From positions 1 through 25,135 of IMG/VR virus record IMGVR_UViG_3300036773_000257: a DNA stretch of 25,135 bases, one strand, 5' to 3'. Source of the DNA: a virus (Duplodnaviria > Caudoviricetes). The notes under the pieces were generated by a model. The model was not told where the DNA came from and did no database searches. It was given only the letters and a program-made list of their open reading frames with translations. Shown here piece by piece: positions 8,180 to 17,010 of the stretch; the first letter of the stretch is position 1, and each line of letters opens with the position of its first letter. The translations under genes and the position numbers were made by a program.

Positions 8180-10477
8180 TTACCTCCGAGCATTGCTAGA
8201 TGTGCCACGCGACACGATTCGTGCGAGGCCAGATGGATCAATTACGAACTGAGCGCGTGCAAGTCCATCCGCAACGGCCTGTGAGATATCGCCAGAGCCA
8301 CCAGGATTGACTTCAGGGAGGATTGCGCGGTTCTTACCTGAGAGCGGTGTGACCTGAGCGCCACGGTTAAGTGACAACAGTTCAGGACCCTGCTCACCGA
8401 CAACCACAGTTCCGCTCTGCGTGATCGTTCCACCCTCAGCGAGATAAGGAATGTTCGGAATGTTCACGCCAGGAATGAGGTTCGCCGCCGAAATCAAACC
8501 GTTGAGAAGCTTGATTGCGAAGTTCAAACCGGACTTCAAGCCGTTGGTGATACCTGACCAGACGTTGGAGAAGAAATTCCCGACGCCGGACCAAACACCC
8601 TTGATGAAGCTCCAGGCGTCCGAGAACCAAGACTTGACTGTGCCAAGCGCTCCAGAAACTCCACTAACAATGCCGTTCCAGATACCGGAGAAGAACCCCG
8701 ATACACCTGCCCATACGCCCTTGATGAATGTCCAAGAGACAGAGAAGGCGTTCTTGACGATGTTCAGGATTCCTGAAACTCCGCCAAGCTGGTTCAGAAG
8801 GTTTGAAATCCAACCGATGACAGCCGCGATCGCACCGACGATTGGCCCGAGGAAAGCCGCCGCCAAGTTCAAGACAGGTGTCAGAACAGAAGTGAACAGC
8901 GACACAAGCGGCGGCAATAGTGTGCCGATCATCTGAGCAATTAGCCCGATGATGGGCGCCAACGCCTGAACCAACTGACCAATAACCTGAGCCACAATTG
9001 TGAACACCGGAGTCAGTGCTGTGAACAATGCCTGCAAAGGTGGAAGCAGGGCCGAGACCAACTGCCCGATAGCAGCTAGGATTGGCTGAAGAACTTGACC
9101 AATGAGCCCAAGAATCGGCTGAAGCTGCCCCGTGGCTGCGAGCGCGGCGATAATGCCGGTTGCCAGCAGGATGAACGGGTTTTCCTTAAGAAGGGTGAAC
9201 AGCCCCGAGAACAATGGACCAATCTTCGAGATCAGTGGGATGAAGGTCGCTAGCGGTCCAGCAACCTTACTGAGAATTCCACCAAACAGGCCGATGCCTG
9301 CGACGATCGGTGCAATGGTCGAAGCGTTCTGAGCAATGAATGTGAAGATCTGCGTCAGGTGTGGAAGTAGAGCCTGGATTGCAGGCCCAAGGTATGAAGC
9401 GAACGCCTGACCTAGAGCTGTCACGGCAGAGCCGAGTGCGCCTAGAGCTGCCTGCCCTGCCGCTGAACCCAACGCCTGATTGATCGACGTGAGAATAGGA
9501 AGGACAGTGCCACCAAGATTACCTGCACCAGAAGAGATGCCAGTGAATACGTTCGTGACGATACCGACAACCTGCTGAAGGATTGCACCCAACTGCTTGA
9601 ACGCATCTAGGGAACCCTGAATAATCTGCGAGATCTTAGCTGAGCCTTCGGCTGAAGCTGTGTACGCTGCAAACTTCTGTGCAGCACCACCAAGGTTCGC
9701 TGTTAGCTGAGCGATGATAGGCGCTCCGATAGCACCAATGTTGATGAACGCCTGGATTAGGGGAGCGATAGCAGCACCGATGTTTCCAACGATGGTACTT
9801 GTACTCATCAAGATCCCGTTGACCTTCGAGACATTCCCGCTGGCGTTGAGCATTCCCGTAACTTGAGTGGCGACACCACCAAGTACGGAAGCGATTGCCT
9901 GAAAGCCGGTAGTCAAACCTGGCAAGAACGTCTTCAGGTTGTTCACGGCAGGTGTCAGGGACTTCTCAAAGGTCGCTGAGACGGCGCCCTTCAATGTGTT
10001 CAACGTTGGTGTCAACTTGTCGAACGCTGCCTTAGCACCATCAGCGCCGAGCTTGACGGTTGCGAGAACACCAACAGCGCCGATGAGAGCAGCTGGCAGC
10101 AACGCGGCTGCACCTGCCGCCGAGATCAGCAATGGACCAAGCGCCTGAGTAACAGCGATGATGGACGTAGCCGCAACGGTAGCGTTCTGCAAGCGGCCTG
10201 CGAACAAGCTAGCTGAGCCCGCAGCGCTCCCAATGCCATTCGTTACAGCGGCAATCTGAGCAGCGGCACCCTTGGTGTCTACATTTACGCGCTTATTGAT
10301 GTCCTGGCCTGACTCGCGACGAACGAATTCGTCTACGGTCGCCTTGGCGCGCTTGATATCTGCCTGGACATTGACCGTGATTTCGGCCTTGATAGAACGA
10401 AGACCTGCGTCAAGATCCTTGCGGAATGACGACAGGTCTGGTCGAACCTTTACACTTGCTGTTCCGATAATGGCCAT
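8180..10477 (-). CDS. Tape measure protein (765 aa)
   Basis: IGTASVKVRPD..FRKDL N-terminus, A/G/L/I-rich amphipathic repeats, periodic W/F repeats, IPYLAEGG...VVGEQGPEL C-terminus. Confidence 0.93.
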   Translation of the reverse strand: MAIIGTASVKVRPDLSSFRKDLDAGLRSIKAEITVNVQADIKRAKATVDEFVRRESGQDINKRVNVDTKGAAAQIAAVTNGIGSAAGSASLFAGRLQNATVAATSIIAVTQALGPLLISAAGAAALLPAALIGAVGVLATVKLGADGAKAAFDKLTPTLNTLKGAVSATFEKSLTPAVNNLKTFLPGLTTGFQAIASVLGGVATQVTGMLNASGNVSKVNGILMSTSTIVGNIGAAIAPLIQAFINIGAIGAPIIAQLTANLGGAAQKFAAYTASAEGSAKISQIIQGSLDAFKQLGAILQQVVGIVTNVFTGISSGAGNLGGTVLPILTSINQALGSAAGQAALGALGSAVTALGQAFASYLGPAIQALLPHLTQIFTFIAQNASTIAPIVAGIGLFGGILSKVAGPLATFIPLISKIGPLFSGLFTLLKENPFILLATGIIAALAATGQLQPILGLIGQVLQPILAAIGQLVSALLPPLQALFTALTPVFTIVAQVIGQLVQALAPIIGLIAQMIGTLLPPLVSLFTSVLTPVLNLAAAFLGPIVGAIAAVIGWISNLLNQLGGVSGILNIVKNAFSVSWTFIKGVWAGVSGFFSGIWNGIVSGVSGALGTVKSWFSDAWSFIKGVWSGVGNFFSNVWSGITNGLKSGLNFAIKLLNGLISAANLIPGVNIPNIPYLAEGGTITQSGTVVVGEQGPELLSLNRGAQVTPLSGKNRAILPEVNPGGSGDISQAVADGLARAQFVIDPSGLARIVSRGTSSNARR

Positions 10478-10492
10478 TAAGGAGCCCTCCGA

Positions 10493-10960
10493 TCATGGAG
10501 CATTCGGAGGGTCAACCTCGTTATTCTTGCGAGCGCTGGCTAGGAAAGACTTGGCGAACGCTGATGCATCGCCATTACCAGAGCGCGACTTTTCAGCCAG
10601 TGGATGCTTCAATGGTTCAGGTGGTGCCAACTTCTTAGACGAAGCTGCCTGCGCAGTCATATAGATCTGATGCTGCGACAGGTTGAGAATCTGAAAGAGA
10701 ACGTCAGTATTGACGTCCCATCCCATGAGTGAGCGCGCCTTCAACGCGTCATTATTGGCACGGCGAAGTGTCATATACGCGGAATCGGCGCGAAGCCAGT
10801 TGATGAGATTCAACAGCTCATCGTCAGGAAGGGTGTTGACAGCATCGACCAGGCGCATGTGATACTCGCGCTGGAAGTCAGCTGTCAACGCGCCTTCACC
10901 TACGCGAAGTGCGCTTAGAATCTCCCGCGCTTTTCGACGCATCGCCTGCGCTCTTAGCAA
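10493..10960 (-). CDS. Tail assembly chaperone second ORF (gpT-like; likely expressed by frameshift)
   Basis: Overlaps the end of 10896-11264 and precedes the tape measure; ALTADFQREYH motif. Confidence 0.7.
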   Translation of the reverse strand: MLRAQAMRRKAREILSALRVGEGALTADFQREYHMRLVDAVNTLPDDELLNLINWLRADSAYMTLRRANNDALKARSLMGWDVNTDVLFQILNLSQHQIYMTAQAASSKKLAPPEPLKHPLAEKSRSGNGDASAFAKSFLASARKNNEVDPPNAP

Positions 10961-11264
10961 CGGTTTCGAAGATGGCTGTTAGTACTGACATCGATTCCTT
11001 GACGAAACGCTCACGAGCAAGGTCCGGGTTATCGGCAATGTCTGCCAATAGGTCAACGAACAGCTGGCGAATCTCGCTCAGCTCAACGTCTGCGTCGTCA
11101 TCAAGTGCCGTCAGCTCGCGGACACGAGCATTGAAAAGTGTCGTCTCAACATCATTCAGGTCAATCGGAGACTTGAGATTGATGGTTACGCCATCCTCAA
11201 ACTCGATTGGGGTAGCGGGGTAACGCTCAGCCGCGAGCTTACGGAACTCAGAAATAGCAGTCAT
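10896..11264 (-). CDS. Tail assembly chaperone (gpG-like)
   Basis: Acidic helical 122-aa protein between the major tail and tape measure genes. Confidence 0.78.
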   Translation of the reverse strand: MTAISEFRKLAAERYPATPIEFEDGVTINLKSPIDLNDVETTLFNARVRELTALDDDADVELSEIRQLFVDLLADIADNPDLARERFVKESMSVLTAIFETVAKSAGDASKSAGDSKRTSRR

Positions 11265-11379
11265 CAGGAACCATGTCCAATCACATCGAGTGTTTGAAAG
11301 AAGGGGAGGGTGCCCGTCGCGCCAACAGTTCGCCGGCCCCGGGCTCTTACCAATTAGGCAAGGTCAACCTTCGTTTAGA

Positions 11380-11958
11380 TCAGCTCTCGTCGCTTGGGAA
11401 GAGCACGTTCGACAACCACGAGTACTTAGCGCCAGTGTCAGGAGTCAAGAACGTCGCCTGAACAGGAACACGCACAGCGTCTTCAACAGAGTCAGTGTCG
11501 ATGCTGTCGCGACCACTCCATGACGCCTTAGCTGCGTACAAAGCAACACGGTTCGCGCCATCGGACCACACGATAAGAACGGCAGTCAGAGTCGAGCCGT
11601 CATCAGCGTCAGTAACCTCGAAGGTGCCATCTGTCGCGCCACCATCGGTACCGTGATACAGCGCCAAGGTTTCGCGAGTAATCTGCGTGAAGTCAAGCTC
11701 AATACCGACCGTCACAGCTTCAGTGATAGTGCGGATGGTCTGCTTGCTCATCGAGCCCTTACTAGTGACGTCGCCACCGTCACGAACAAAGGAAACGTTA
11801 CCGTCTCCAGTTTCATCACCGACGTGGCCAACAACCATCCAAGGAGTTGTAGGTGCGTCAAGAGCTACAGTCGTAGGGGATGGTGCAGCAGTGCCGACAG
11901 GCGCCGTGTAGACCATCGTGCGGTTCGGGATTACATAACCGAGATCATTCAATGCCAT
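11380..11958 (-). CDS. Major tail (tube) protein
   Basis: VYTAPVGTAAP...W..VGH motif, acidic beta-rich sequence, canonical position. Confidence 0.87.
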   Translation of the reverse strand: MALNDLGYVIPNRTMVYTAPVGTAAPSPTTVALDAPTTPWMVVGHVGDETGDGNVSFVRDGGDVTSKGSMSKQTIRTITEAVTVGIELDFTQITRETLALYHGTDGGATDGTFEVTDADDGSTLTAVLIVWSDGANRVALYAAKASWSGRDSIDTDSVEDAVRVPVQATFLTPDTGAKYSWLSNVLFPSDES

Positions 11959-12018
11959 GAGAAAAGTCCCATCTGTAAAATAAAATCAAGATGGGAACCT
12001 GCCCCGTGATGTTGAGCG

Positions 12019-12435
12019 TCAGTCGCTCAAACCCCAGTGCTGTTCAGTGGAAAGCACGAGGTCGAATTGTGCAGTGACGCGCCCAACACCTGAAGGAAGT
12101 CCTGTGATGTCGGCGCGTGCGGGTGTTGACGTAACGATCAGGCGGTGAACACCACCATGCGCGTAGCTCGTTCCATCGGCCTGAGCGCTCCGTAGAGCCT
12201 CCAAGGCTGCGTATCCAAGTGCACGTGCCGCACGCCAACCTTCGACGTGATAGACGGTGATCTGAAGGCTTGGACGGAAGGAGTACGCGAGGTGCGCCGC
12301 TGAGCCTGTTTGCTCTGTGACGATGACACGTCCTGGCGCAGACAAAGCTGAAGCGTCATAAGCGTCAACAGCGTCGATGCCTGCGGCTGTGAGAACGTCG
12401 ATGATTAGATCGATTGCGCTCAATGGGACGGTCAT
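12019..12435 (-). CDS. Tail terminator-like protein
   Basis: Immediately upstream of the major tail gene; RPSLQITVY motif; 138 aa. Confidence 0.65.
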   Translation of the reverse strand: MTVPLSAIDLIIDVLTAAGIDAVDAYDASALSAPGRVIVTEQTGSAAHLAYSFRPSLQITVYHVEGWRAARALGYAALEALRSAQADGTSYAHGGVHRLIVTSTPARADITGLPSGVGRVTAQFDLVLSTEQHWGLSD

Positions 12436-12713
12436 AGCGTGCCACCTAGAATGTGAAGCCCTTCAACGAACTTCCCAGACTTGGTGATGTGCCCAACTTC
12501 CACGCTCAAGGACGCCGGCCCTTCGAGATTCACGAAGTGGTCGACCTTGCCCTGTGTACGTGTGATCTGGTGTTCGCCTGTCTTACGGTGACGAGCAAGG
12601 CGTGCCTGTGCAGCCGATGCAATCACACCCGAGAATCGACGAAGAGCGTCTTGCGTCTCCAAGCTTCGGGCGACGTCACGCTCAAGATTCTTGTAAAGGT
12701 TCACGTCATCCAT
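12432..12713 (-). CDS. Tail completion protein (DUF5403-like)
   Basis: A.ARLARHRKTG...D..V.L...A.LSVEVGH...EGLHIL pattern. Confidence 0.7.
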   Translation of the reverse strand: MDDVNLYKNLERDVARSLETQDALRRFSGVIASAAQARLARHRKTGEHQITRTQGKVDHFVNLEGPASLSVEVGHITKSGKFVEGLHILGGTL

Positions 12714-12717
12714 GTGA

Positions 12718-13089
12718 TCACCAACAATCGCGATACAGCGGAGACGGAGTGATACGAGCGGTTGTGATTACAGGGATACCGAGCGCGCGCATTTCGCTCT
12801 TGCGCATGTACACAACGCCCTGAGCCTGCGTGTTCGTTGGGAAGCCTGCTGTTTCATCGGATGGAATTTCGGCAACGAGAGCGTCAGGCAAGCGGCAGGC
12901 ACGAAGTACCATCGCACACTCAACACTGATCACTGCGTCATTCCACACGGCGTCAGTCAGTCGGCTTGGTGCCTTCTGACGAATTAGACTTTCGGCGTCG
13001 GTTAGGTACGCTTGGATCTTGGTTGCTTCGCCTGGCGTTGGTGTTCGTCCTAGGCGAGCCGTTACGTCGCTTACTGTCGCGACTGTCAT
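12718..13089 (-). CDS. Head-to-tail adaptor (Gp19/Gp15/Gp42-like)
   Basis: ATVSDVTARLGR...L.DAE.LIR...VECAMVLR; SD GGAGG. Confidence 0.8.
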   Translation of the reverse strand: MTVATVSDVTARLGRTPTPGEATKIQAYLTDAESLIRQKAPSRLTDAVWNDAVISVECAMVLRACRLPDALVAEIPSDETAGFPTNTQAQGVVYMRKSEMRALGIPVITTARITPSPLYRDCW

Positions 13090-13174
13090 TTGTCGCCTCC
13101 TGAAGGTTCATCTTCGCAGCAAGCTCAACTGAGCATTCGACAATGGAACCGCTGCGCATTCGATAGCGAGGCAT
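12953..13174 (-). CDS. Small post-capsid protein (MPRYRMRSGSIVEC...)
   Basis: SD GAGGA before ATG 13174; short N-terminal motif like small genes that follow actinophage capsid genes; C-terminal part overlaps the adaptor gene. Confidence 0.45.
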   Translation of the reverse strand: MPRYRMRSGSIVECSVELAAKMNLQEATNDSRDSKRRNGSPRTNTNARRSNQDPSVPNRRRKSNSSEGTKPTD

Positions 13175-13200
13175 CAAGTCCTCTTTCAAATGAAAAGGGG

Positions 13201-13234
13201 TGATGGCAGGGGCTCAAGTGAACCCCTGCCATCA
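13201..13234 (-). terminator. Intrinsic terminator after the major capsid gene
   Basis: 12-bp stem TGATGGCAGGGG / CCCCTGCCATCA followed on the minus strand by CCCCTTTTCATTT. Confidence 0.75.
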
Positions 13235-13248
13235 AGAGAAGAGAAAGA

Positions 13249-14166
13249 TCAGGCAACAGGAGCGTTGTCGCCGTCGCCGCGCACAACCTTCACGAAGGAG
13301 TCAAGGTCAAGCACGCCAACACCGATCAAAGCTTCGGCGCGGACAAGCACAAGGTTTTCCTGAAGCGCAGAGTGAGTAGTTCCACCCTGCACGTAGGTAC
13401 CCTCAGTGCTGAAGGTCAGCTCAAGTCCGTTACCGACGATTCCCCACGCAAGGCGGGAGAAGTCGCCCATGTAACCAACAACCTGAGTGGCGTTAGCACC
13501 AGTAGCGATACCCTTCACGAATTCCGCAGGACGCCCGAACAGGCGGCCAGGACGGTACGCAGGGTTCGAGTCCGCGACAGGAACGTCAACGAACACTGGG
13601 CGGCCCTGAAGGTCGACAGAGCTGTTGATGATAGGCTCAGCGCGGAAGTCGAAAAGCGAACCGGTAAAGTTCTTGTCGTCATCCGCAAGCAACTGAATTC
13701 CGCCATTCAGGTCAGCGTAAACGCCACCCTCACCGCGCTCGGCAGTGTCAAGAGTTACGGACTTCGTAGCCTGGTTCAGGTAAACAGCGCCAGAGTAGCC
13801 ACCACCAGTGATAGCCAAAGTGTCGAACGCACGGGCAAGCGCTTCGCTCAACTTGGCAGAGATCTGAGCAACCACGTTGGCAGGGTTAGCTTCCACAACG
13901 CGCTTGCTCAGCGGGATCACAACAGCCCACTCGCGCAGAGCGATAGCAGCGGAAGTGATCGCAGCATCTTCAACTGGCTTAACGCCAGCTTCAGCACCAA
14001 CAAAACCACCAGCGATATCGTTCACGCTGACGGCAGTAGCGCCACCATAAGTCATAGGAACCTGCTGGCCATAACGCTGAACGAACGAAGTCTTGCGCGC
14101 GTCACCAAGAACGGCGTTGACCTGCTCGGGAGTCAGCTGGAAAGCAGACGTAGTTAGAGTAGCCAT
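13249..14166 (-). CDS. Major capsid protein (HK97 fold)
   Basis: AGGFVG.EAGVKP, AVVIPLS, D.QGRPVF, GRLFGRP, GDFS, QENLVLVRAE motifs; ATG 14166 has a GGA SD. Confidence 0.92.
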   Translation of the reverse strand: MATLTTSAFQLTPEQVNAVLGDARKTSFVQRYGQQVPMTYGGATAVSVNDIAGGFVGAEAGVKPVEDAAITSAAIALREWAVVIPLSKRVVEANPANVVAQISAKLSEALARAFDTLAITGGGYSGAVYLNQATKSVTLDTAERGEGGVYADLNGGIQLLADDDKNFTGSLFDFRAEPIINSSVDLQGRPVFVDVPVADSNPAYRPGRLFGRPAEFVKGIATGANATQVVGYMGDFSRLAWGIVGNGLELTFSTEGTYVQGGTTHSALQENLVLVRAEALIGVGVLDLDSFVKVVRGDGDNAPVA

Positions 14167-14266
14167 ATATTGTTTTTCCAATCAAAAGAGCGCAGGGTGT
14201 TTTTTGCGCAGGAGGTAGCCCATCAACAATTAGGGCTGGGAGATAACGCGAGCGACCTGCGCTCTT

Positions 14267-14728
14267 TTACTCGGAAATTCCGAGAGCCTGATTTAGACCC
14301 TGAAGGATCGGGTCAACGATCTTAGGTGCTGCTGGCTGTGCGTTCGCGGGATCAGCAGGCAATGACGCCTTAGTTCCCAAGCTCTTGCTCAGCTCTTCAG
14401 CGTCCTGTCGAAGTTCATCAATACTGCCCCCACGAAGGCGGTCAGCGTGCTTGGTAATGCCAAATTCAGCAGCGGCAGTCAAGCGGTTGTATCGATCTTC
14501 CAACGTTGCGTTCGTCGCTAGAGTCTGTTCGTGCTTCTGCGAAAGGTCGTCAAGCTGTGCCAAGCGCTCGTTTGCCTTTGCCATCAGCTGTGCGGACTCT
14601 TCGTACTTCTGCTTAAACTCATTGCGTTCGACGCGATATCCGCCTGCTTCGCTACGTAGTTCACGAATGTGCTTCTGCACGTCTTCAGGAAGAGTGGATA
14701 GATCTGTCTGTACGATGTCGTCAGTCAT
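14267..14728 (-). CDS. Capsid scaffolding protein
   Basis: Coiled coil; IRELRSEAGGYR and ADRLRG.S.DEL.QDAEEL motifs; directly upstream of the capsid gene. Confidence 0.85.
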   Translation of the reverse strand: MTDDIVQTDLSTLPEDVQKHIRELRSEAGGYRVERNEFKQKYEESAQLMAKANERLAQLDDLSQKHEQTLATNATLEDRYNRLTAAAEFGITKHADRLRGGSIDELRQDAEELSKSLGTKASLPADPANAQPAAPKIVDPILQGLNQALGISE

Positions 14729-15618
14729 TGGGATGCCTCCAGGGCTTTCAGTGAGTCATTGAGAGCGCGAAGTTGCTTTTCCTTGTAAGCCTTCGCGGCG
14801 TCACTTCGCGGGTTGCTGCGCTCCAAGGCAGAAATGCGTGAGCGCGTTGAGGTGATCTGTGCTTCGCGAGCGTTGGAAAGTTCAGTCTCACGAGCGCTTG
14901 TGTTAGAGCGCTGAACATCGTTCCCGTTCAGCCGGCGAATGCCCTTGCGATATGCGGAAGCAGCATCCTTACCGCCGAGACCATCTGTCAGTCGGTCGTA
15001 CCTCTTACGCTCGTCTAGGTACTGATCACGACCAGGCCATGAATCACGCTGGCCGCGATAGACACAGACAATCTCGCAGCGGTCACCCTTATGGAACTCA
15101 TTACGCTGGCCTGCGGACGTTGCTGTCTTGTACACAGGGCCACGGGAGATGAGCATTCGACAGAAGGGGCAAGGGTTCGGGTAGCGCGCAGTGCGTGCCC
15201 AACCTTCGATGTCGTCATCATTGAAGATGTACGCCAACGTTTGATTGCGGCCTGCTGACATAGCTACCGAATCACTGGAGACGATGAGCGAATCGACCTG
15301 ATGTGTTTGAAGGTCTTCGTTAGTGTCATAAATCGACACCACTACGGAGCGCATATCGTCTTCAGTGAAGTCACGGATAGCTGGCCTGTCGATGAACGAG
15401 CTGCTGTCACCAAGCGCCTTCGTCTTGCTGCTCTTGTAGTGCAGCTCAGCTAGATCACGCTGAGAAGAACGCGCAGCATTGACGATTGGGAACATGGCCG
15501 TTGCAAGTAAATCGGCAGGTGGCTTAGTCCCTGTGAATGGAACCAACAGACGTGCCAGAGTGCGTGCTAGAGCCTTGCTAATCTTTAGCTGAGACTCATA
15601 ACGCGTTGGGTCTGCCAT
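14725..15618 (-). CDS. MuF-like / capsid maturation minor head protein
   Basis: GWAR...PCPFCRMLISRGPVY...FHKGDRC motif between portal and scaffold. Confidence 0.8.
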   Translation of the reverse strand: MADPTRYESQLKISKALARTLARLLVPFTGTKPPADLLATAMFPIVNAARSSQRDLAELHYKSSKTKALGDSSSFIDRPAIRDFTEDDMRSVVVSIYDTNEDLQTHQVDSLIVSSDSVAMSAGRNQTLAYIFNDDDIEGWARTARYPNPCPFCRMLISRGPVYKTATSAGQRNEFHKGDRCEIVCVYRGQRDSWPGRDQYLDERKRYDRLTDGLGGKDAASAYRKGIRRLNGNDVQRSNTSARETELSNAREAQITSTRSRISALERSNPRSDAAKAYKEKQLRALNDSLKALEASQ

Positions 15619-15629
15619 ACGAAGTCACC

Positions 15630-16937
15630 TCACTCGGACGCGTTGATTAGCGCCTGAAGCGCAGTGACCTCTTCATCCGCAAGCATTCGGTCGATCGTGT
15701 CGGCACTTTCACCAAGACGTTCCAAAAGCTCACGACGTGTGTAGAGAGCCTGACCGCCAACAGTGATACCGGCCAACTTGCTGATCGCATCAGCACGGGC
15801 AGCGAGGTTCGGAAGGGAAGCGTCAACCCATCGCAAAGTGACAGTTTCATCAGAGAGCGCGGGGTTGATAGCAATGAGGAATTCGAATAGAGACGCCCAT
15901 GACGTTTCAAACGCTGATGTCAGGCGCTCTGCACGAGAAATCAAACGTGCGTCATCCTGGCGCATCGAGTCACCGCTAGAAGGATTCGCGTCACTGGCGA
16001 CACCGAACACAGACTGCGGAACGCCTACCTTCGCAGCGGCCTGACGCGTGATGCTGTTCAAGGCGGTGCTGAAGTTCTGCAACTGAGCAGATGCAAATTC
16101 GGCAATCTTGACGTTCGCGTCACCGATCATCAGAAGACGTGCGGTGTAGAGCTGGTCACCTGTAGGAGCCGGCCCGACCTGTTCGCCTTCGTCATCCTGT
16201 GCGGCAAAGTCCGAAGACTCTGCGCCGAGAATTACGCGCTGAGGAACAGCCATAAAAGCTGAAGCAACAGACATGTCGGTGAGTACACGTGTCGCGGCAT
16301 CCTGAAGACTGAAAATGTCCTTGCCTTCTGGACGTCCGTACGTGTCATTGACGAAGTTGCGGCAGATGAATACGAAAACAGGAACGCGCCCAGTGTTGGC
16401 AACGCGGTTCACTTCAATGAGAGCGCCTGTGTTGCTCTGCTCGTAATAGACAGTTTCGGTCGCCGTATAGTGCGCGCGATTCTGGCGCTTGTCGCCATAG
16501 ACACGAAGCACTTCAGCAATCTCACCTGTATACGGGTCAACAGAGTGCACAGCGTCACCAGCAGGAACAACGGTGAGAATGGGGGAGCCGTCAGGGCGAG
16601 TGCTACCAGAAGGGATCACGTACGCGCGACCACCTTCAAGGGCAGCAAGATGTACCGTAGAAATTAGCGTGCTACCACCGTTGGCCTTCAAGACATCGCG
16701 AATGTACGCAGTGGCTTCAGGTGTTTCAGCAGTGACAGAGTCGAGGGTGATGCGCTCTTCGATCGCTTCTACGGCGAGACGAACGAAAGCGGCGGAGGTG
16801 TGAAATGAGCCGCGTAGCTCAGGCGGGCACATCGGTGATGTGTTTCGCACTGTGCGCTTTGCGGCGTAGTAGGCGTGGTAATTGGCGCTCTTCTGCTCGT
16901 TGATAAGCTGAGCGGCCTGGAGTTCCATGAATCCCAT
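15630..16937 (-). CDS. Portal protein (SPP1 gp6-like)
   Basis: 435 aa after TerL; RLAVEAIEER, GRVPV, GRPE, AVPQRVILG, NPSSGD motifs. Confidence 0.9.
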   Translation of the reverse strand: MGFMELQAAQLINEQKSANYHAYYAAKRTVRNTSPMCPPELRGSFHTSAAFVRLAVEAIEERITLDSVTAETPEATAYIRDVLKANGGSTLISTVHLAALEGGRAYVIPSGSTRPDGSPILTVVPAGDAVHSVDPYTGEIAEVLRVYGDKRQNRAHYTATETVYYEQSNTGALIEVNRVANTGRVPVFVFICRNFVNDTYGRPEGKDIFSLQDAATRVLTDMSVASAFMAVPQRVILGAESSDFAAQDDEGEQVGPAPTGDQLYTARLLMIGDANVKIAEFASAQLQNFSTALNSITRQAAAKVGVPQSVFGVASDANPSSGDSMRQDDARLISRAERLTSAFETSWASLFEFLIAINPALSDETVTLRWVDASLPNLAARADAISKLAGITVGGQALYTRRELLERLGESADTIDRMLADEEVTALQALINASE

Positions 16938-17010
16938 CTAGGCGGGTCCTCTCGTGCGATATGTGATCGGACCCGCCAGGGGTAAACTCAAATGCTCAGG
17001 CGTCAAGCCA

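Noticed and set aside
8560-8760. ~120-bp diverged repeat in the tape measure gene (W.FIKGVW twice)
   Set aside because: Ordinary tape-measure repeat
13372-14157. 261-aa antisense ORF over the capsid gene, and other shadow ORFs
   Set aside because: Antisense open frames are expected from codon bias; no motifs or clear RBS
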